Assembly: GCA_050230475.1 (NCBI GenBank)
Contig: JBFLGF010000224.1
Span: forward strand, 1-42,416
Length of the DNA stretch: 42,416 bases
DNA from: Ancylonema sp.
Lineage: Eukaryota
Direction of reading: 5' to 3'
The notes beneath the pieces were generated by a model. It was not told where the DNA came from, did no database searches, and was given only the letters and a program-made list of their open reading frames with translations. The position numbers and the translations under genes are program-made. This document shows, one piece after another, positions 28,997 through 40,900 of the stretch (position 1 is the first letter of the stretch; each line of letters opens with the position of its first letter).

Positions 28997-31900
28997 TCTC
29001 TCTCTCCCCCTCCCTCCCCCCTCACCTCGTCTACGTGTGTGAGCACGTCCACCATTTTGTCGGTCCACGCCTTGGTGGCTGCCTCTACTGGGAAGGCTGA
29101 GAGGTCTTCCGTGGTGACCACCACCCCCTGCTCCGATGGCATCGAGAGGCTGGGGGGGAGGCCCTCCCCCCCGATTTGCAGCTCCATCCTCATGGAGCCC
29201 AGGCCCGTGGGGGCTACGGCAGTGAGGAGGCCCCGGGGGGGGGGGGCGCCCAGAGGCCACGTGTTGTTGTGCCCCATGTGCTCGTCCACGTCGATGGCCA
29301 TGTGAGGGAGGGAAGAGTCGTCGACTGACACCTGGCGGGGAGGTGGAGGACAGGAGGGGGGACTGAGTGGGCGCACAACAGGGTAGGGAAAGACCAAAAA
29401 GGGCAAAAGCGGGCCAAAAAGGGCAAAAGTTGGGGGTATGGGTGGTGAATCACCCTCTTCTCTGCGACTGGCATGAGGTGCTCGGAGGCGGGCGTGGGGC
29501 GCCGAGATTTCAAGTCCTCCAGCTGCCGCAACAGCTGCTCCATCCCCCCCGCCCCCTCCCCGTGGTGCACCGCCTCTACCCCCCTGCTCTCCTCCCCGCT
29601 CAGCGTGTTCTCGAACGCGCGGTACAGCAGCACCTCCACGTGCTCCAGCACCGTCTTCACAAAGGGCGCATCCTGGCGGACCTGCTCCATGTACCCGTAG
29701 CGCGCGATGCAGTGGTAGAACCCTGCGATGCCCACCTGCTCCACCAGGAACCGCTCCTCTGCGCTCACGGCCGGGACGGGCACAAAGCGGTTGGTGATGA
29801 CGATGACCACTTCGTGGAGCACGGGGAAGTAGGGCAGCAGCTCCACCATGACCGGCGGCGTGCCGTAGATGGTTTCCGAGTAGTAGAGGCCCACCCCGCG
29901 GGTGCGCGTGATGGGCACCTCGCCCTGCTTCAGGGCCAGGCGGGTGGGAGCCTCCTCCTCCTCCTCCGCCCCCGTGCGCAGCAGCATGAAGAAGTCCTCG
30001 AGGCGGGGCATGAAGTGGGTGAGCATGTAGAGCTTCTTGCGCGCCGTGCCCCAGTACCACCAGAACATCACGCTGGCGTAGATGCCTGCCATCATGACGG
30101 AGAACCACCCCCCCTGCGGGATCTTGCCCACCGACGCGGACAAAAAGGAGCCCTCGAACAGCAGCAGCGACACGTAGAAGGGCACGGCCAGCCACAGGGA
30201 CTGCCGCCCCACCATGGTGATCACCAGAGTCATAAAGTGCGAGGTGAGGATCATGTCCACGATCACAGCCAGGCCGTACGCCTGGCCCAGCTTGGCGGAC
30301 TCGCGGAACACAACCACTGGCAGAGGGGCAGGGGGAGGGGGAGGGGCGGGTGAGGGGGGCAGGGGGGGAGGGGGAGGTGGGCGGCTGCGAGGTGCTTACC
30401 CACGACGACGGTCAAGATCATGAGCACCCAGTTGACGAGGGGAATGTACACCTGCCCCTGGATGTGCTCTGACGTGTGCTGGACCGCGAAGCGGGGGAAG
30501 AAGCCCTGCCACAGGAACAGCAACCAACCTTACTGGGCTGGGCTGGGCTGGGCTGAATCATCCTATTTCGATTCAGTTCCAAAGTGGCAAAAGGGGCAGC
30601 AGTGGCAGAAGGGGCAGGCGTTGAGAAATTCACAGAGCTGGCAAATGGGGCGGCACAGACTGGTTGCGAATGAGGTGTTCTGGAGGGCATGCGGTGGCAA
30701 AGGGAGGGGGGAGGGTGTTCCCATGTCCCCACCCACCTGCGCAATGGCTTGGTAGACGATCTGGAAGACGGCGGAAATGAGCGCCTGACTGGCGATGACG
30801 GCTGCGAAGGTGGCCAGCACAAACATGGGCCACAGGAAGCCGTCGGGGAGGGACTTCCAGTACACCAGCCCGATGTTTTCGGGGAACTGGGTGAGGTACG
30901 CGGCCTGCCCGAAGTAGGTGAGGATGATACACGGGTACAGCAGCCCCAGGCAGCTGAGCAGCACGGAGCGGCGGTTGAAGTGGCCCAGGTCCGCAAACAG
31001 AGCCTCCGTGCCCGTGATGCAAAGCAGCACGCCGCCCAGGCTCTTCCACCCCGTGGCGCCGTTGCGCAGAAAGTAGGAGAACCAGTAGTTGGGCGCCAGG
31101 GCCTTGAGCACGGTGGGGTCGTACTTGGCGATGTTGTACACCCCGATAACGGCGTTGGCGATGAGCCACAGGGTGATGATGGGGGAGAAGAAGAAGGAGA
31201 TGCGGTTGGTGCCGAACTGCTGCGCCAGGAACAGGGCCACAATGATGCCCACCGACATGCCCACGATGGCCTCGCGCGAAAAGGAGGGGATCACCACCTG
31301 CATGCCCTCGCAGGCGGAAACCACTGGACACGCCCAAGAAACACCTCAGACTCCCACTCTCTCTGTCGGTAGGTACCCACCCCCCACCACCCCCACCTGA
31401 GATGGCTGGCGTCAACACCCCATCCCCCATGATTGCTCCCACCCCGATGACCACCAGGACTCGGACGGTGGTCTGCACGGTGCGGTTGGCGATGAACTTC
31501 TGGCGCCAGTCGGGGATGGCCACATTGTTCCCTGACGCGGAGCGGTAGTAGCGCAGGCGGCGGTCGGAGGGGAGGGCGGGACCCCGGATGCCTTGCTCGC
31601 CCTGGCGACGCAAAATGGAGAAGAGGGCGAAGGTGCCCCCGTTGCCGTTGTCGTCCGCATACAAAACGATCAGGGCGTACCTGGGAGGAGGAGGAGGAGA
31701 GGAGGGGGGGAGTTGAGGGGGAGTTGTTTTTGCAGCAGGCATTTTGACATCTTTCAATCCCACTTCTTATCTCTTCTTTCTCTGTCTTGTTTTCGGTTCT
31801 GCCTCCAACTCCAACCTACCATTGTTGGTTGATGTGATTTCCGACCCAGACCCCCACATTCCCTTTCTTCTTATATTCTTTCTACACCCTTTGCTTTAGG

Positions 31901-33009
31901 TCAGGGATTCTCCATGCTACACAAGTTTCCTTCCTTAGCCCCTCTACTCTTTGCCACATATCTGTTTTGGCAACAGCCCTTACCACCCCCACACCCTCCT
32001 CTCCATTCATCACCGGCTCAGTTAGTTCATTTCACATCCCCCCCCCGTCCCCCCAAACCAGTGACAAGGCTGGGGCCACTGACTTGAACACGAGCGAGAT
32101 AGTAATGGTGTACAGGATGAGGCTCAGGGCCCCGATCACATCCTCTTTGCTGGGCGCCGCGTCAGGGAAAATGGAGGCATAGACGTACAGGGGAGAGGTT
32201 CCTGCACCGCACAGGTGACAGGTGGCAGCATGTGAGCGACTGAATCTGAAACGTATATTTGTGCTTGTGGGACATACTTGCCACAAGAAGACAAAGGCAA
32301 AAAGAAGTTTGTGCATGTAGTCAGTGATGAGGGTACTCATAGTCGTATTCGATCATTATTTTTTGTTGTGCTTGCAATGCCACCTCACCAATATCTCCGT
32401 AAACGACCCCAACAGCCTGAAACGCTAGAAGCAGCAATCCAAATCCCTGAAAATAAGACAAGCAAAAATTAAGAAGAGTCAGGAAAGATCGATGAAGGTT
32501 TTGTTGTCTTGCACCGTTAAAGCGGGACTCATTTTGTCATGAAACAGCCATGTAATTCAGTGTGCGGCTCGTACGCCTGAATCCTCACTCACTGTGCTGT
32601 CTGTACCACTGTGGGTTTCCTTAGTCTCCAACAGGCGGGTTTCGGTACCAAGTCACTGCATACTAGATGCTTTACACCCGATGTGTCGTTCAATGCTTCA
32701 CAATTCCACTCAGCGGTAATGAAAACCAATTCGTTCCTTACGCTGAACGTAATTTCCATGTTTATTTTCCCCTCATGGTAAGAAACATGGAATCCTTACG
32801 TGGTTTCCGCTGTGGCCATCGCTTTTGGGCAGATCCGAGTCCGCTTCCCATTGCTTCGGCCCGATCTTGCTGAAAATCCGAGGCAATGGACCGTGGCTCC
32901 CGTCCCTTCTGCCTAAAAGATTAGAAAAAGACTTCGTCTTTTGAACAGCCTTTTGAAAGGCAACCCCATCGGTACGACTACGTACGTTCTCCTCGACAGC
33001 GACCGCCAT
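28359..33009 (-). CDS. KUP: HAK/KUP/KT family potassium transporter; 10 exons, 927 aa
   Basis: Exons 33009-32800, 32446-32389, 32201-32084, 31680-31397, 31323-30737, 30505-30400, 30316-29454, 29331-29026, 28908-28750 and 28451-28359 are in phase. Motifs: LAFQAVGVVYGDIGTSPLYVY, GDGVLTPAISVVSA, LCITGTEALFADLGHF, ASQALISA, GQVYIPLVNW, AYGLAV, KIPQGGW, ARYGY and C-terminal EVGMQYHL*. Confidence 0.96.
28966..29006. repeat. (CT)n/(GA)n microsatellite in KUP intron 8
   Basis: About 20 dinucleotide units with one interruption. Confidence 0.9.
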
Positions 33010-35682
33010 AATTTCCCGAAAAGTTGTGAGACCTTATTCGTTCGCTCGCTCCTACAGCTGTACTTTTGGAAGCAGGTAACGGCTCGAGGGAGATGAATTT
33101 TCAGGATATTCCACTGAATGCCTTAGTCTGGTCTCACTGAAATCCAGATGGATATTGACCCGTCCACCACAGGCCAAGAGGGCAGACTCAATTCACAAAT
33201 TCTACCAATCGACACCGATTCTCAAATTCCGGCCGGATCCTGCGCAAAAGCCACTGGCCTCAAGTTGAGCAAAATGCAATACTCCTAGAGACCAGACGTA
33301 GCCTGGGTCACAAAAACAACCACATCGAAATTGTTTAGCTTTATCAGAAGACGCCATTTATAATGAGTAGAAAAGAGCATTGCAGATTTGCACAGATCTC
33401 GAAATCCGCGTAGCAACATACGCGTTACAACATATGACGGTGTATCGAGTACGTTTTGCGGCGGAGTCGGTCAACGAACGCCGCGTCGCCATTTTCAAAG
33501 CTCTGTCTGCTGGGCCACGATGCCACGATGCAAGCTCGCAGATGACTTTCCAAAGCGTGCGTTTCTCTAAAAGCTGACTAGGATCGGAAAATAAGGGCGG
33601 TTGACCGTATCACCAGCGGGGACTTTCACCCCAATCGACTACCGGTATCGGGAAGACACTGAAATCCGGTGATGAATTGGAGAATAACACATGTATTATT
33701 TTGTCGCAAACGCGAGACGATTAGGACAATAAATACTCGTTGTAGGTACACCTCTGGTACACGGGACATATGTGCCTGCAATGTGATTATTTTAGTAACG
33801 TGTTTATGCGTTACAGGCGATTTTGCTACGTGCCCTTTGGTCAGATGTGCCCGTAAAGAGGGAAATCCAATTTGTAGCTTCCAGATCAAGGGAACGTCGT
33901 CTGTCATGTCGCCGAACCTTTTTTGTCATGCAATTACGCCTTGCTGGCCGATTGGCGCGTGAACATGTACAAATTCCTTATTACCTTTTCCGCAGTTCCT
34001 AATCGATGTCAGCACGTGTTATGCAGTCAAAACTCATTATAGAAACAGAATCGTCCTTTTCCGTGTCATTATGACGTGGTGTGCCATTGGCTATAACGAA
34101 AACGACTCGGCGGGGGAAAGCTGGTACACGCCATATTGTTGCCTGTAACGAGGTACTCAAAACGAGTGTGCCTATATTGAGCGTGTACTTTGTGCAAGTT
34201 TGTTTACCATCGGTAGCTTTCAAGCACTCACATCATCGGCTAGTGCAACATGATTAGCAATGCATATGATGGTAAAGCTAGTTAAGTGTAGTTGCATTTC
34301 AAGCACACTCGTGACGCAATGGCGTAAATGGGTACATGGGTACATAAAAGAGGGCTGGCTTGCAAGACCCCTCATCGAAGCTTTTGCCAACGGATCAACA
34401 TATTGCAAACCTAACAATACACGTCACGCTTGAGGGTCTCAACGCTAGCATCCTGAGTCGCAACTAAGCTATGCGACTAAGGTAGCTCACTGGCTTGCGT
34501 CAAGTGTCTATGACCATGTCTACGCTACCTCAAGCTCCGTTACAATCAACGATGAAAACAACCACACTTACATACACCACATTAGCTAAGTCAGAAATCA
34601 CACCGCATTATATGTAGTCGAATCAAATATGGCCTTGCGTGACGAATTCACCTCTTCCTCACAAGCACAAAGCTTATTAATTAATGTCACACACAAACAA
34701 CGCGCTACGTGCTCTTTCAAATCACTCGTACAAACGCACAAAGCCGCACTTGCAGCATTGGATGTTAGTTATGTGTGGCTACTATCAAATTCTCAAGCCG
34801 CACAATAACTTGGGAGATATGGGAGCAATAGTTAAGACAATAAATACAATGATAGGGGAAATATTCCCACAACAATGACATGGTTGTAGCGACAAGGGCA
34901 ATGATTTCAAAATAAAGTTGTGGCCCTAGAATAGAGTAAGGAATTTGTCTTGTACACGGATATGGGCATTGCACACATGAGGTATGCTATTTATAAATGC
35001 AATTGGTGGTTCCAACATAATCTTGAAGCAAAGAGGAGGTCAAGGTGCGCCTAAAAACACCGACGATTTGAATCTTCATGTGAATAACAACACCAATCCA
35101 TAACCATTCAACACGGACCAATAGATGTTGCAGACACCTACAAAGACACTTCAGTATCAGGATTCCGTTCGTAATATCGTAGATAATTGTCCACAAACGG
35201 ATCATGATTTTCTTCTCCAACACCTGTTTGACGAAAAGTCAATCCTCTTCCTTTACCCTTCCGTGATCCTTTTCCTTCCTCGCCTCTTTCATTACCTCGC
35301 AACTTCGCCAAGAGGCCCGTAGTTATTTCTTTTCATACACGTGGCCCATGTCTTTGTGGTGTGCTTGTGCTCGATGGCATGCAAATTTCGCAAATGTCAT
35401 TGGACAAGAATGGCATTTGAACCATCCATCAGGAGTTCAAGCAGATATCTCGGGTGAGTTGGGCCTGTGGATATGCTGAAAACGATGGTTGCGGTTGTAC
35501 CAAGAATTGGGCGGGTCGAATGATGCCTTGCAAAAGTCATAACCGCACTTGTTGCCTCCCCTGAATTGTTTCCACGAACCAACTCTTGCTTCTTTCGCTG
35601 ATAACGTGTGTGGAAGAATGCTCAGCTAGTTGGCACAAAGCATGTTAGCATGTTTGAAATTAAAAAAAAAAATGTTAATTTT

Positions 35683-37340
35683 TTAAGGAGAGCCCAGATT
35701 CAAATCCGTGCTGCAAGCTGGCCATGGTGTTGTAGCCTCTCGATTCGCATCATATGTCACACGACTGTCATCCGCGAATGGCTGTGGATTGTTCACTCCG
35801 CCTCTGACCCAAGCGCGTCGCAAGTTTTTGGTGAGATTCGGGGAGGGTTTGTCTTCCTTGTCATGGTCGTTATCGCAAGCAAGAGGCGCACCCCTACCCC
35901 TACCTGGGATCGCCCCAGTTGTTGGATGATACCCGCGGATGAGGGGGAGGGTGGGGGCTGTGATATGCACGTGGTCCGAGGGGCTAATTTCTGCTGTGGA
36001 CTGGGTCCAGCATGAGAGTTGAGGTTCGAATGAGAGTGCAAGGGGTGAGGAGTGGAGGCACTGTTTCAAAGAGGCAAGGGAAGTGACAGGTGGCAATTGT
36101 GTTGGGTGAAAAGCAGAGGAGGGGCCAGATTTGTGCTTAAACGTACCTGAGCCCCTAACCACGTCCCCCCCGCACACTCACTTCACCCGAAGACGACTCC
36201 CTTCCCGCATCGCTCCTTTGAGATCAGTGATGCTCACATCGGTGGCTTCCTGTCCTCAGCTCTGCATCCCCACCCCCCCCTCGCTGCTGTATGGCACCAG
36301 CCGCACCTCCCCCCGCGCGGAGCGAGGCAGCCCCCACTTGGTGTAAAGGTGGTGAACGATGAAGGAGACGGTCTTGCGGGGCTTCAGGATGAGCTCCAGG
36401 TAAGGGTTGTGGCCCACCTGGCAGTGCCACACGGGTGACGCACATGGGTGCACGTGACCAGTGCATGTATGTGTGTATGTTTATTCGTAGATGTGATAAA
36501 TTGACTGCTGTTCGTACGAATTGATCAAATTACATATTTATCATGTATACATATATATGGTACGCATTCTTCATGCCCGACTCCTTCAATCAATATTGCC
36601 TAGTCTGTGGAGCTAGTCGGAGTTTGAACACGTCACCCTTCTTGGCTCATCGCTATCAACACAAAAAGTCGGTCCACTCAGAATATATGGAAAGCAATGG
36701 TAACATAGATTTAACGACCTACCGAAGCTTGCAACGCACCACTTCTTAGTTTATCTCCTGGTCTGAATATTACAAATTCAGTGAGTTTTAGTAACAACCG
36801 TCCTTCATATATTCCAATTCAAATAGCTGATAGTAGACAACAAAATAAGACGCCACAGGATTGCATATCATCCACTAAGAAATAATGCCTGCCATGTTGT
36901 ACCACCGACCTCGTGGCCGCATTGAGGGAAAAAGTTTAAACCTTCCACTTGCTCCCCTTCCCCTCTCCTGAACCGGAGCCCACAGGAGGCGCTGAAAGCC
37001 ACGCCCTTAGCTATTTTCGTGAGTGGTACCAGGGGTAGGTGTAGGGAATGGTGAGAAGGCATGGTTGAGGGGTGTTTAGGGCACGACGAGGCATGTGTAT
37101 AGGGTGAACTGCGGAGTCTTCGAAATTGGACAGCAGAAAAGAGGAATGGTAGGAAAGGGATCCGACAATTTAGAGACACGAATGGCGGACGGTCCCGGAT
37201 CCGGAGTTTGTTGCACAAGCGATATCAGAGGGGTTACTAGAAGCATGCACTACTGCTGCCTCCGAATCCTTCTGAGGGTCTGACTGTGTCCGTACTCACT
37301 TGTGGAACCAGGGCATACGGAGGCGGCGAGCCTTTTCTGT
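35683..37340 (-). pseudogene. Inverted, disabled copy of the 3' half of a TKI1-like gene (outer boundaries approximate)
   Basis: Minus strand reads SKWKV*TFSLNAATRSV (TAA at 36938-36936), then an intron, then from 36417 VGHNPYLELILKPRKTVSFIVHHLYTKWG...GEVRLVPY...QS*...ITDL...RLRVKY (TGA at 36258-36256). This matches the plant TKI1 block KIKLQLFP....TR......GHNPYLELTL..RK.ISSV..HL..KWG...GEL.LFPY...W...FRLRYGW. Introns are retained and no SANT domain is present. Confidence 0.75.
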
Positions 37341-37406
37341 TTTTTTTTGTCGAAAGTATGCACACTGTGCCCGCATTAGTTTAAAAAACCAGGTCTGTTT
37401 TACTTG

Positions 37407-37600
37407 GTCTTTCACAATTTGGCACTCCCGATTGATACACAGCAATTAACATATTTGTTTCGTCGAGATATCAGCCCGCGAAAGTGATTCAAGAGCCGCG
37501 CAAGTCTTTCACAATTTGGCACTCCCGATTGATACACAGCAATTAACATATTTGTTTCGTCGAGATATCAGCCCGCGAAAGTGATTCAAGAGCCGCGCAA
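37407..37600. repeat. 97-bp perfect tandem duplication
   Basis: GTCTTTCACAATTTGGCAC...TTCAAGAGCCGCGCAA at 37407-37503 and 37504-37600, with no differences seen. Confidence 0.95.
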
Positions 37601-37948
37601 TCGTCAATTGATGTTCAGTGTGCAACTTCTCGGAAGCCAGGAACATTGACGAAGCAGGTTGGTTTTCTGTCTGTCGGCACTGCCTGTATGATTGGAAGAG
37701 GGAAACATTTGGCGCTGAATTCGAAGTCCGGAACCCCCGCATTCAGGTTCGGAATCCAGCAGGATTCCCGCCTTTTCTGTGCTGCAATCTGGATGAGCCC
37801 CGTCATGAAGTGTGGTGGGCGAACCATCCGACCGCTTTGGTAGGCCGGACTTCGTCGATGGGCGACCCACCGATTTTCCGGACTAGATATGCTAATATTG
37901 TCGGGTTTCAATGACTCCAGCTGGTTCCGACATCTATTTCGGTGAACC

Positions 37949-40900
37949 ATGCCGCCTCCGTCCTCATCCCGCCAGCCGACGCTGAATATCGGTGGGTTTA
38001 CATCATTACCGGCGTCAACGGAAATATGTAGACCAATTTTTTGGCGGAAGTGAATGCGCCAGTGTCCCCAAAATTTTTGTCCAAATTTGGCTCGAGTCCA
38101 GCAACCGAAACTACCATCAGAAACAAAGAGGTGCTACAACTTACTCCATGATGTGAAGACGTCGCCATGAGCACGAGTTGCTAAATAATCAATGACAGAC
38201 TAATGTACATCAGTAGCCTAAACCTCATCGCACGTAGAAGGCATGCCGTTATGCATGCATATTTTTCTTATCAGTGATTACTTCGAGCAAGTTCGGAGCT
38301 GTGCTTGGAATTTCTTCCGATGACAATTTTGTGGCTGGCTGCATGCACGCCAGAACGCCGATAGTTATCAACACAGTCACGTAATATGTCTCCCGTATCC
38401 GTGCCAAGTTTCCCGCAGGATGCTATAGCCTCATGGCAACATATACAGTAGCCACATGGCAACATCTGTAGTAGCCACATGGCAACATATGCAGACAGGT
38501 GTGAGAGCAATGCAAAAATAGAGGGAGAAGAACCATTGAAGAATGATTCGCCACCAGATTTCCCCTCTGCACAGCCAGAGGTCGATGTCAAGGCGAAGGG
38601 TGAGCTGTCCACCGGTTGCTCTTACAAACACGTCCCGTTAGCAGCACAACATATATCCTGTTGCTAACCTGAACCAGTGTATTTGGAACAGCCCTAGCTT
38701 CATGCTTGACTGGGGAAATCAAGCATGGCAAACCCAGTCTCATGTTGTTCTGGACATGACGATTGTTGAATTTTGGGGATTTAAATATCGGAGAAGCCGT
38801 ACATAGACGTCACGGATGTGCAAATACATCGTGGTACTCTGTTTATCCCACACCTTCAAGGATGTTGTGTTTTGTAGTTTTGAATTTACTTTTACTTTTT
38901 TCTACTTTTTTTTACTTTTACTTTTTTACTTTTACTGCTTCCAAACTACTCACTGATCTACTAGGTGGAAATTTGAGAGTTTTTTCAGCCAAGAACTCTG
39001 ACCTGCTATCAAATTCTTATCGAGGATGATAATACGGTCCATGCATAGTATGCATAAGTGCATAGAAAACATGCCCACACCAAACAACTCATTCGCCATT
39101 GGTTCTGAATGACACATGCAGAGAAGAGACAGTGGGCGAAATGGACATTGGATGAGGAGCAGCAGTTTTACACAGCATTGAAAGCAGTCGGCAAGGTGCT
39201 GTCATCAGCACTTGGCACACTCAATCATAATCTCGCACCACTCTCATTTCTGGATACCGAATACTTCATCAAAGAATTTCCTGATACTCGATGCATGTGA
39301 CCAAAATTATGTGGTTTGTACACAAACGGATGTGAAGGACGGGGAGGGAGACCGTGGCCAGCGATTTTAGGTGCTTGGTGGCCAAATATCATCGGAGAAA
39401 TGTCCATTTTTTTTGCAGCGAGCTTGCCAGACTCCTTGTAGTACACTCATACACATAAACATCAATTCCACTTTACCATGCAAACTTCTGCATGTTTTTA
39501 CATGTGGCTCAGACAGTTAGTCCGAGCAATGTCTCAAAAGTTTTAGTGGCTAGACAGTTTGTTGTGTGTTTGGTCTATTGATTAGTTTGTTGGTTGGCTT
39601 ATGCTGTTATCTGCGCTATATGACTGCTAACAAAATCTGTGAGCAAGTGATGTAGCCGCTCTCAACTAGCTACCGGTGATCTTTCTGCAGGATTTTGGCA
39701 AAATGGCTGGAAAAATAAGCAGTAAGACGCACGACCAGGTATGGAATGACAAGGCATCTGAGGTTTTCTTTCACCATTATCCTTACATCTTTGATGTACT
39801 TCAGGCAGACATGTGCTGGTGGTTACTAGTGTCAAAACTCGATTCAACAACAGCTAAACAGTGAAGCTTAAATTCTCAATCACTGATAATTGAAACAGCT
39901 GTCAGCAGCAGACCAGATGGGAGTTTCTAGATACACCATGCAGTTTCCAGGAATGTTCCTGCAGATCCCGATGCTGCCAATCTTGGCCGTAGAATCATAC
40001 TCCCACGTGTCATGCGGTGGTGCAGGTCCGCCACTTCTACTACCGCATGGTGAAGAGAGTGGTGAAACTTATTGGGCCGGGGTTTAAGCTCAATCCGAGC
40101 AATTCCAAGGAAGCAAATCAAGTGCTGCTCAAATGGTGAGCAGGAAAGCAGTTCATAACTCTGGGCAGTAATCAATGAGTTTCATTCAAAGTAATGGGCG
40201 ACGGTGCCACTATCTCTGTCTCTTCTGTTGTTAGCTGGCTTTCCACAATCTCAGTCCCGTGTCTGACGCATCCTATTCCTTCCTTCCTTCTTATCTCGTG
40301 CATGCGGGGCACGTGATGACCGCATCAATCACAGTGGTCCAAATATACCATGAATATTTGTTATATATACGTATATGCACTTACACACTAAAACCATACT
40401 TTGGTCACTGCCAATTCCACCTCATCTTCCGAAATGGAATGATTTACACAAGTGAAAGTGTCAAAACCTGAAGCAAATACCGCCTCCCCCAGACAAGACT
40501 AGTGACAGTGGACAGCAGGTGTCAAATCGATGTCCATCTCTTCTTTCCACTCTAGACCCATCCAGAGACTCTAGACGCATACAATTTCCTGCTCACTTGC
40601 CTCGCTCACTTCACTCCGCCCCATCGACTCTGCCAGAACTGCGTATGTGTGTGTGTGTGTGTGTGGACGTCTGTGTGATGTGTTTGTTGGGGTGGAATGG
40701 TCGGCAGGTGGGCGTTGAAGGAGAGGCACAGATTCACTGCATCCTCATTGAGATCAAACCCAAAGAGGAAGCAAAAACTTGCAAACTTATTGGTGAGACT
40801 CTGAAACAATGCTCTATTACTGTTATTGAGCCTGTTGGCATTTGAAAATGAGCACGGCTGGTCTACAATTTTTTTGTTATTAAAAAATATTCATAAAGAT

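Noticed and set aside
32590..32655. Exon-like segment (TGCAG...GTGAGT) in KUP intron 1
   Set aside because: In the required phase it starts with TGA, and the flanking exons already join in frame without it. A poison exon cannot be supported without RNA data.
34987..35330. Possible decayed TE coding fragment on the minus strand (KGSRKGKGRG...DNYLRYYER)
   Set aside because: Multiple stops and no domain I can identify.
36256..36938. Alternative genetic code (TAA/TAG=Gln as in some ulvophytes, or TGA=Trp), suggested by stops at Q and W positions here and at 8343
   Set aside because: KUP ends with TAG exactly at the family C-terminus, PHB, DUSP12 and TXNDC17 end with TGA, and no intact gene has an internal stop at a conserved position. 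Simple nonsense transitions in dead copies explain the pattern.
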